This document shows, in pieces, positions 59,535-64,000 of a stretch of 64,000 bases of DNA. The position numbers were made by a program, and so were the translations under genes. Origin of the DNA: Candidatus Cloacimonadales bacterium. GTDB lineage: Bacteria; Cloacimonadota; Cloacimonadia; Cloacimonadales; JAIOQZ01. How positions within the stretch are numbered: position 1 is the first letter of the stretch; every line of letters begins with the position of its first letter. The notes beneath the pieces were generated by a model, which saw nothing but the letters and a program-made list of their open reading frames with translations, was not told the origin of the DNA and did not search any database. The stretch spans positions 352,001 through 416,000 of the forward strand of contig OY762463.1 in NCBI GenBank assembly GCA_963665815.1, read 5' to 3'.

Positions 59535-59722
59535 CAGATCGTGTAAAAACGTGTTTTTCATTTTAATTTATTAACATATTTTGTCGCAGATTTTCCCGAA
59601 TTATCGGGACTCAATCAACTTAACCTGCTGAAAAAAATATAAATATAAGCTCCCTGAGCGGAGTCCAAGGGGATTAGTTTTAAGGGAATGAAACGACAAA
59701 AATTACGTTTATGTACAAACTT
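59535..59722 (+). mobile_element. MITE-like hairpin element, copy 3 (more degenerate, right end approximate)
   Basis: TGA|CAGATCGTGTAAAA start; shares TGTCG.AGATT, CTCAATCAACTTAA, AAGCTCCCTGAGCGGAGTC, ACGACAAAAATTAC with copy 2. Confidence 0.75.
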
Positions 59723-59872
59723 TATGCAGAGTCGAAAACATAGTAAGATTAGTTATCCAGATTTTCAGAAATCTTCTTTAAATAGTTAGTATGTCAGTGA
59801 GTTCAATATAAAAACTATTATAGAGAACTCAAGTCATTCTGATAATTCGTAACAACTCAAATTCTTAAATCT

Positions 59873-60355
59873 TTATTTCATCCTCTTTTCCATATTGTAG
59901 GATTCTTCTTCAGGGTCTCCCGGATTAGAGATGCTGACAATATGGAATCCGCATTTATTAACGTAGAAATTATGATTACGTTTAGAGAATCCGGGTGTTT
60001 CAGTCTTCCACATAATTGTATCGGGGTACTTCTCTTCAATCATTTTCCAGACATGTAAGCCAAGACCTTTGTCCTGCAGGTTAACATCGAGATACAGACA
60101 ACCAAGCATGTTAATGTTGTCAGGGCGAATCCAGAGGATAGCAGCACCTATTGCTTTTTCGTTCTGCTCAATAACATAAGCCGTGCTATGTTGGTGCAAA
60201 GCCCACTTTCTGAGAAAGTCACCATTGTCGTATCCGGGAGGTCCACCTTCCGGCTTGTTAAGGTGTCGTCTGGAATCTTCATCAAAAGAGCGTTTCATAA
60301 TAGCTGTGAGTTCTTCTATATCGTTTTCCGAAAAAGGTCTGAATTTTATGTCCAT
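59873..60355 (-). CDS. GNAT-family N-acetyltransferase
   Basis: 'LQDKGLG', 'N..FY..KCGF'. Confidence 0.85.
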   Translation of the reverse strand: MDIKFRPFSENDIEELTAIMKRSFDEDSRRHLNKPEGGPPGYDNGDFLRKWALHQHSTAYVIEQNEKAIGAAILWIRPDNINMLGCLYLDVNLQDKGLGLHVWKMIEEKYPDTIMWKTETPGFSKRNHNFYVNKCGFHIVSISNPGDPEEESYNMEKRMK

Positions 60356-60594
60356 AATTATCTCCTGATAAAGAAAAGCAGCAGCAGCGAATTTATTGTC
60401 AATTTATTTGTAAGCCATGGAATGAATGAAAAAAATGGAAGAAGATATCAAGCATAATCCCTTGCAAATGGGCAAAGTCCTTCGCAATGGCTGACTTTAT
60501 CTATCGAGTAAATTGTACCTGACGGATATACTTCTGCAATATATGTAAGTTGCTCAGGAAGAGCTAAATGTCTTTAGAAAAACCATGGTCAAAA

Positions 60595-61209
60595 TCACTC
60601 TCCTTCAAGTTCTTCCATCTGGGGTTTGATATGTTTTTCCATACAATCTGGGCAGATACTATGGCTGAATTCAGCAGAGGAGTGACTGGCAATGTAGCTT
60701 TCTATTTCCTGCCAGTAATTCTTGTCATCACGGATTTTCTTACAGTAGGAGCAAATAGGGAGGAGTCCCTGCAGTGTTTTAACTTCGCTGAGTGCTTTCT
60801 GAAGCTCCTGTCTCTGCCATTCAACTTTCAAAGCGTTTTTAATTCGCATTACCAGTTCAATCTCATCGATAGGTTTCTTGAGAAAATCGGATGCACCTGC
60901 TTCAAAGCTTTGTCTGAGGGGTTCAGAGTTATGCATGTCAGCTGCTGTAATCATGATAATCGGGACATTGCGCCATTCTTTCACAGATTTCACTTTCTCA
61001 CATAATTGATATCCATTCATTTCCGGCATCATTATATCAGAAAGGATTATATCCGGAATATCTTCACCAAGCTTCCTGAGCAGACTTTCAGCTTTCAGGA
61101 ATTCCTGAGTATTACGGAATCCGGCTTCCTTAAGAAGCTCGTTTATCAGTAAAAGATTATATTGGTCATTATCCAGAACATATATTCTTGCATCAGTGTA
61201 ATTTCTCAT
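60595..61209 (-). CDS. Response regulator with C-terminal Cys-rich domain
   Basis: 'SDIMMP', 'ITA', 'KP'; tail 'LLPICSYCKKIRD...FSHSICPDC'. Confidence 0.88.
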   Translation of the reverse strand: MRNYTDARIYVLDNDQYNLLLINELLKEAGFRNTQEFLKAESLLRKLGEDIPDIILSDIMMPEMNGYQLCEKVKSVKEWRNVPIIMITAADMHNSEPLRQSFEAGASDFLKKPIDEIELVMRIKNALKVEWQRQELQKALSEVKTLQGLLPICSYCKKIRDDKNYWQEIESYIASHSSAEFSHSICPDCMEKHIKPQMEELEGE

Positions 61210-62765
61210 TTGGACTCCTGTTTAATCATTGCAAAGATGTCTTCCTTATTCTCGGAATTATTGATTATACTCAGTGCTTTTTGCACCTGTTGGTCTCTTG
61301 TCAGTAATTCCTTATATTTGAAATCTTCTCCGTGTTCCAATCCCATAAATTCTGATTTTATCAGATAAGAAATTGTTGATTTATTTTTATATATCTCTTT
61401 TGTGTTGATGTTCTTTATTGAAGATTTGGCAAAAGCTGCAAACTCTTTGAAAATATTGTCAGAAAGAATAAAATCTTCAGTCACATTTAAAGAATTTTTG
61501 CTAAAATAATCCACGGCAAAACTAAAATATATATGTTTTTCAAGTAATTCTGTCGCAACATCAGTAAGTTCAAGTTGTGTTACTTCGAGATCCGGCTTTA
61601 TTCCATCACCGGAGTTAACTTCTCTTCCATGCAAAGTATAGTACTCTGTAGAATCATCAATTTCTGCATTTTTCTGTATACATCTGCCGGATTTAAGGTA
61701 ATAGTGAGATGTTGTAATTTTGACTCCACCGGTTGAAACAGGGAATATTTGCTGAACAGATCCTTTTCCATAAGATTTCTCACCAATAACCAGGCCAAGA
61801 TCATAATCCTGAATCGTTCCTGCAAAAATTTCAGATGCACTTGCACTTGTATTGTTGATCAATATAATAATAGGGTATTTCTTGTCATATTCATCATCTT
61901 TAGTAAGATAAACAGATGATTTCTTTCCGTCTCTACCTTTTGTGTAAACAATCTGTTCACCTGAATCAATAAATTCATCGAGGCATTTAACGGTTTGAGA
62001 AAGAATTCCACCCGGATTAGATCGAAGATCAATAATCAGTCCCTCGATATTTTCATACTCCAGTTTTCTCAAACTTTCTTCGAACTCCTGCCCGGTGTTT
62101 GAGTTAAATGTAGATATTCGTATGTAACCTGTATTACTTATTGTAAATGCATAGGGGACACTTGGAACAATGATTTTTTCACGTTTCAGGTATAAATCCA
62201 CATCCTCGTTTTCATTTGGGTGTCTTACCGTAATTTTAATCTGAGTTCCGGCATCTCCTCTTATAAGAGTAGAAGACTTTTCAATAGTAATGCCTTTGAC
62301 ATCAATATCATCAACTTTTGTGATTATATCACCGGCTGTTATTCCGGCTCTCGATGCAGGAGAACTTTCCCTTATGGACTTAACAGTAATATAATCGTTT
62401 ATAGTATCGACATTAACACCGATTCCATAGAACAATCCTTGAGAATCATCTTTAAACTCATCAAGCTGATAACCATTCATATAATAAGTGTAGTTATCGA
62501 ATTTTGACATTATGCCATCAATTGCAGCCTGCAATAGAGTATCGGAGGGAATTTCTCGAAAATATTCGTCTTCAAGTTTTTGAATAACTTCAGAGAGCAG
62601 CTGATATTTTCCGGATATATTTCCTTCAGAAAGGTTATGTTTTATCCTTTTGTCAATCTGAGTAAATATAGCCTTACCAATTATAACCCAGATTATTATA
62701 GCAAGAACAGTAAGGACAATATACTTTACGGCCGACTTCTCCGAGATATTCAAATTACTCACCAA
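61206..62765 (-). CDS. S41A carboxyl-terminal processing protease (CtpA-like, PDZ)
   Basis: 'GIG' PDZ, 'DLRSNPGG', 'SASASEI', 'SYGKGSVQ'; start uncertain. Confidence 0.92.
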   Translation of the reverse strand: MVSNLNISEKSAVKYIVLTVLAIIIWVIIGKAIFTQIDKRIKHNLSEGNISGKYQLLSEVIQKLEDEYFREIPSDTLLQAAIDGIMSKFDNYTYYMNGYQLDEFKDDSQGLFYGIGVNVDTINDYITVKSIRESSPASRAGITAGDIITKVDDIDVKGITIEKSSTLIRGDAGTQIKITVRHPNENEDVDLYLKREKIIVPSVPYAFTISNTGYIRISTFNSNTGQEFEESLRKLEYENIEGLIIDLRSNPGGILSQTVKCLDEFIDSGEQIVYTKGRDGKKSSVYLTKDDEYDKKYPIIILINNTSASASEIFAGTIQDYDLGLVIGEKSYGKGSVQQIFPVSTGGVKITTSHYYLKSGRCIQKNAEIDDSTEYYTLHGREVNSGDGIKPDLEVTQLELTDVATELLEKHIYFSFAVDYFSKNSLNVTEDFILSDNIFKEFAAFAKSSIKNINTKEIYKNKSTISYLIKSEFMGLEHGEDFKYKELLTRDQQVQKALSIINNSENKEDIFAMIKQESK

Positions 62766-63999
62766 TATCGTTTATAATAGACATCGCTTCGTCGATATAA
62801 ATGTCCTTTTTGAGGTTAGATGTCCAGTTGTTGAATTCATCCAGTTTAGCGGAATCTTCTTTTTCTATGTTATCATCAATATTTGGATTAATTATGTTGA
62901 GGTATGGAAGTTCCTTAGTCTTTTCTTTAAGGCTTTCAACGTCACTGCTGACATTTAATCGCTCATTCAGGATATCATCGAATTTCAAGTTCAGTTCAGT
63001 ATCTTCCATTTTAGCTCTAAGTTTAGCATTTCTTTCTTTAATCATCTGGAATGCTTCATTGGATGTCACTCTGTTTTCGCTTCTCATTCTTAGTTTATCC
63101 ATATTGTAGATATTACGGTTATACCATTTCTCATATTTTGCAGCTTCAATCTTATCCCACTTCAGGGGGTAATCCAGATCTTTTTCTCCCATATCAAGAT
63201 AATCGTAAGTTGTTGGAACTTTTATATCCGGGATAACACCCTTATACTGGGTTGATCCACCATTGATTCGATAGAATTTCTGAATAGTCAGTTTAATACT
63301 GCCAAGTGGTTTAAACTTGTTGAATGATCTGAAAAGGCTTCTGTCAAGAGGGAGCAAAGACTGGACTGTTCCCTTACCAAAAGATTGATCAGGACCAAGA
63401 ATTACCGCTCTTTCATAATCTTGAAGGGCAGCAGAAGTAATTTCAGAAGCAGAAGCACTGAGCTGATTAACCAGAACAACAAGAGGTCCATCATAATAAG
63501 ATTCGAAATCTCTGTCATTTCTTACTTGTCTTCCATAAAGATTATCATTTACCTGAACCATTGGACCATCCGGAATAAACAATCCGGCAACACCAATAGC
63601 ATCAACAAGAGCTCCACCACCATTGTTTCTTAAATCGAGAATAACTCCGTCGACATTGTAATCTTTAAATTGAAGAAGAGCTTTTTTAACATCATCAGTT
63701 GCATTTCTGGAGTTTCTGTTCTGAAAATCTCTGTAATATTTTGGCAGATAAATATATCCGTACTTTTTACCATACTTATCGTTTTTTATAATAACATCTT
63801 TCGCATATGTTTCTTCCAGCACAACTACATCTCTGATAATAGGAACGACCTTTATTTCACCAGTAGGTTTTTTAATAGTCAATCGGACTTCCGTACCCTT
63901 TTTACCTCTGATATGCTGTACTGCTTCGGAAAGTGGAAGATCAACAACATCAAGTGGTTCTTCATCACCTTGGGCAACTTTAATTATAAGATCTTCAGG
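62755..63999 (-). CDS. prc: Tail-specific protease Prc-like S41 peptidase (5' part outside window)
   Basis: Frame is open to the window edge (PDZ 'IRGKKGTEVRL'); 'DLRNNGGG', 'SASASEI', 'GKGTVQ', 'FYRINGGSTQ.KGV.PDI'. Confidence 0.88.
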   Translation of the reverse strand, partial: PEDLIIKVAQGDEEPLDVVDLPLSEAVQHIRGKKGTEVRLTIKKPTGEIKVVPIIRDVVVLEETYAKDVIIKNDKYGKKYGYIYLPKYYRDFQNRNSRNATDDVKKALLQFKDYNVDGVILDLRNNGGGALVDAIGVAGLFIPDGPMVQVNDNLYGRQVRNDRDFESYYDGPLVVLVNQLSASASEITSAALQDYERAVILGPDQSFGKGTVQSLLPLDRSLFRSFNKFKPLGSIKLTIQKFYRINGGSTQYKGVIPDIKVPTTYDYLDMGEKDLDYPLKWDKIEAAKYEKWYNRNIYNMDKLRMRSENRVTSNEAFQMIKERNAKLRAKMEDTELNLKFDDILNERLNVSSDVESLKEKTKELPYLNIINPNIDDNIEKEDSAKLDEFNNWTSNLKKDIYIDEAMSIINDIGE

Positions 64000-64000
64000 T

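Noticed and set aside
45277-59722. Repeats as a CRISPR array or integron attC sites
   Set aside because: Copies are dispersed kilobases apart with no repeat-spacer periodicity, no cas or integrase gene, and they do not separate each gene.
60360-60594. Possible small gene or riboswitch in the intergenic region
   Set aside because: Only short frames lacking a start or RBS and a weak AAAGTC/GACTTT stem; nothing supportable.
470-63633. Numerous 60-160 aa overlapping or antisense ORFs in the six-frame track
   Set aside because: They lie within well-supported genes and lack motifs; treated as shadow ORFs.

Overview
AT-rich bacterial chromosome segment from a Gram-negative organism (LPS glycosyltransferases, LptF/G permease). 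The FlgD-Ig/'PNPFNP...YNIKGQ' tail on a secreted protease and the general gene style suggest Candidatus Cloacimonadota or a related FCB-group lineage; this is inference and was not searched. 1-39.8 kb is mostly housekeeping and signalling: a Cache/PAS histidine kinase - REC-PP2C - STAS - REC cluster, FKBP, a 4-module beta-helix surface protein, an S8/S53-like protease, PMM/PGM, an M16C peptidase, serC, LPS genes, an unusually long alanine racemase, PhoH, HD-GYP, TrmH and DusB. 40.6-49.3 kb is a tandem array of five paralogous secreted TPR-scaffold genes with a conserved N-terminus and a hypervariable internal loop. Three are intact, one is frameshifted, and one (largely missed by the ORF track) is internally deleted with a ~187-bp element at the deletion junction. 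That element is a MITE-like long hairpin present three times (45.3, 51.8, 59.5 kb) with 3-bp TCA/TGA flanking duplications. Its internal palindromic arm swaps precisely between two forms (CGACTCCG vs TCCCGA-N4/5-TCGGGA), on opposite arms in different copies. The rest holds EamA, DacB, an M3 peptidase, TPR/GNAT/LRR genes, a response regulator and two tandem S41 proteases. No rRNA, tRNA, CRISPR array, transposase or reverse transcriptase was recognised. All product calls come from motif recognition by eye.
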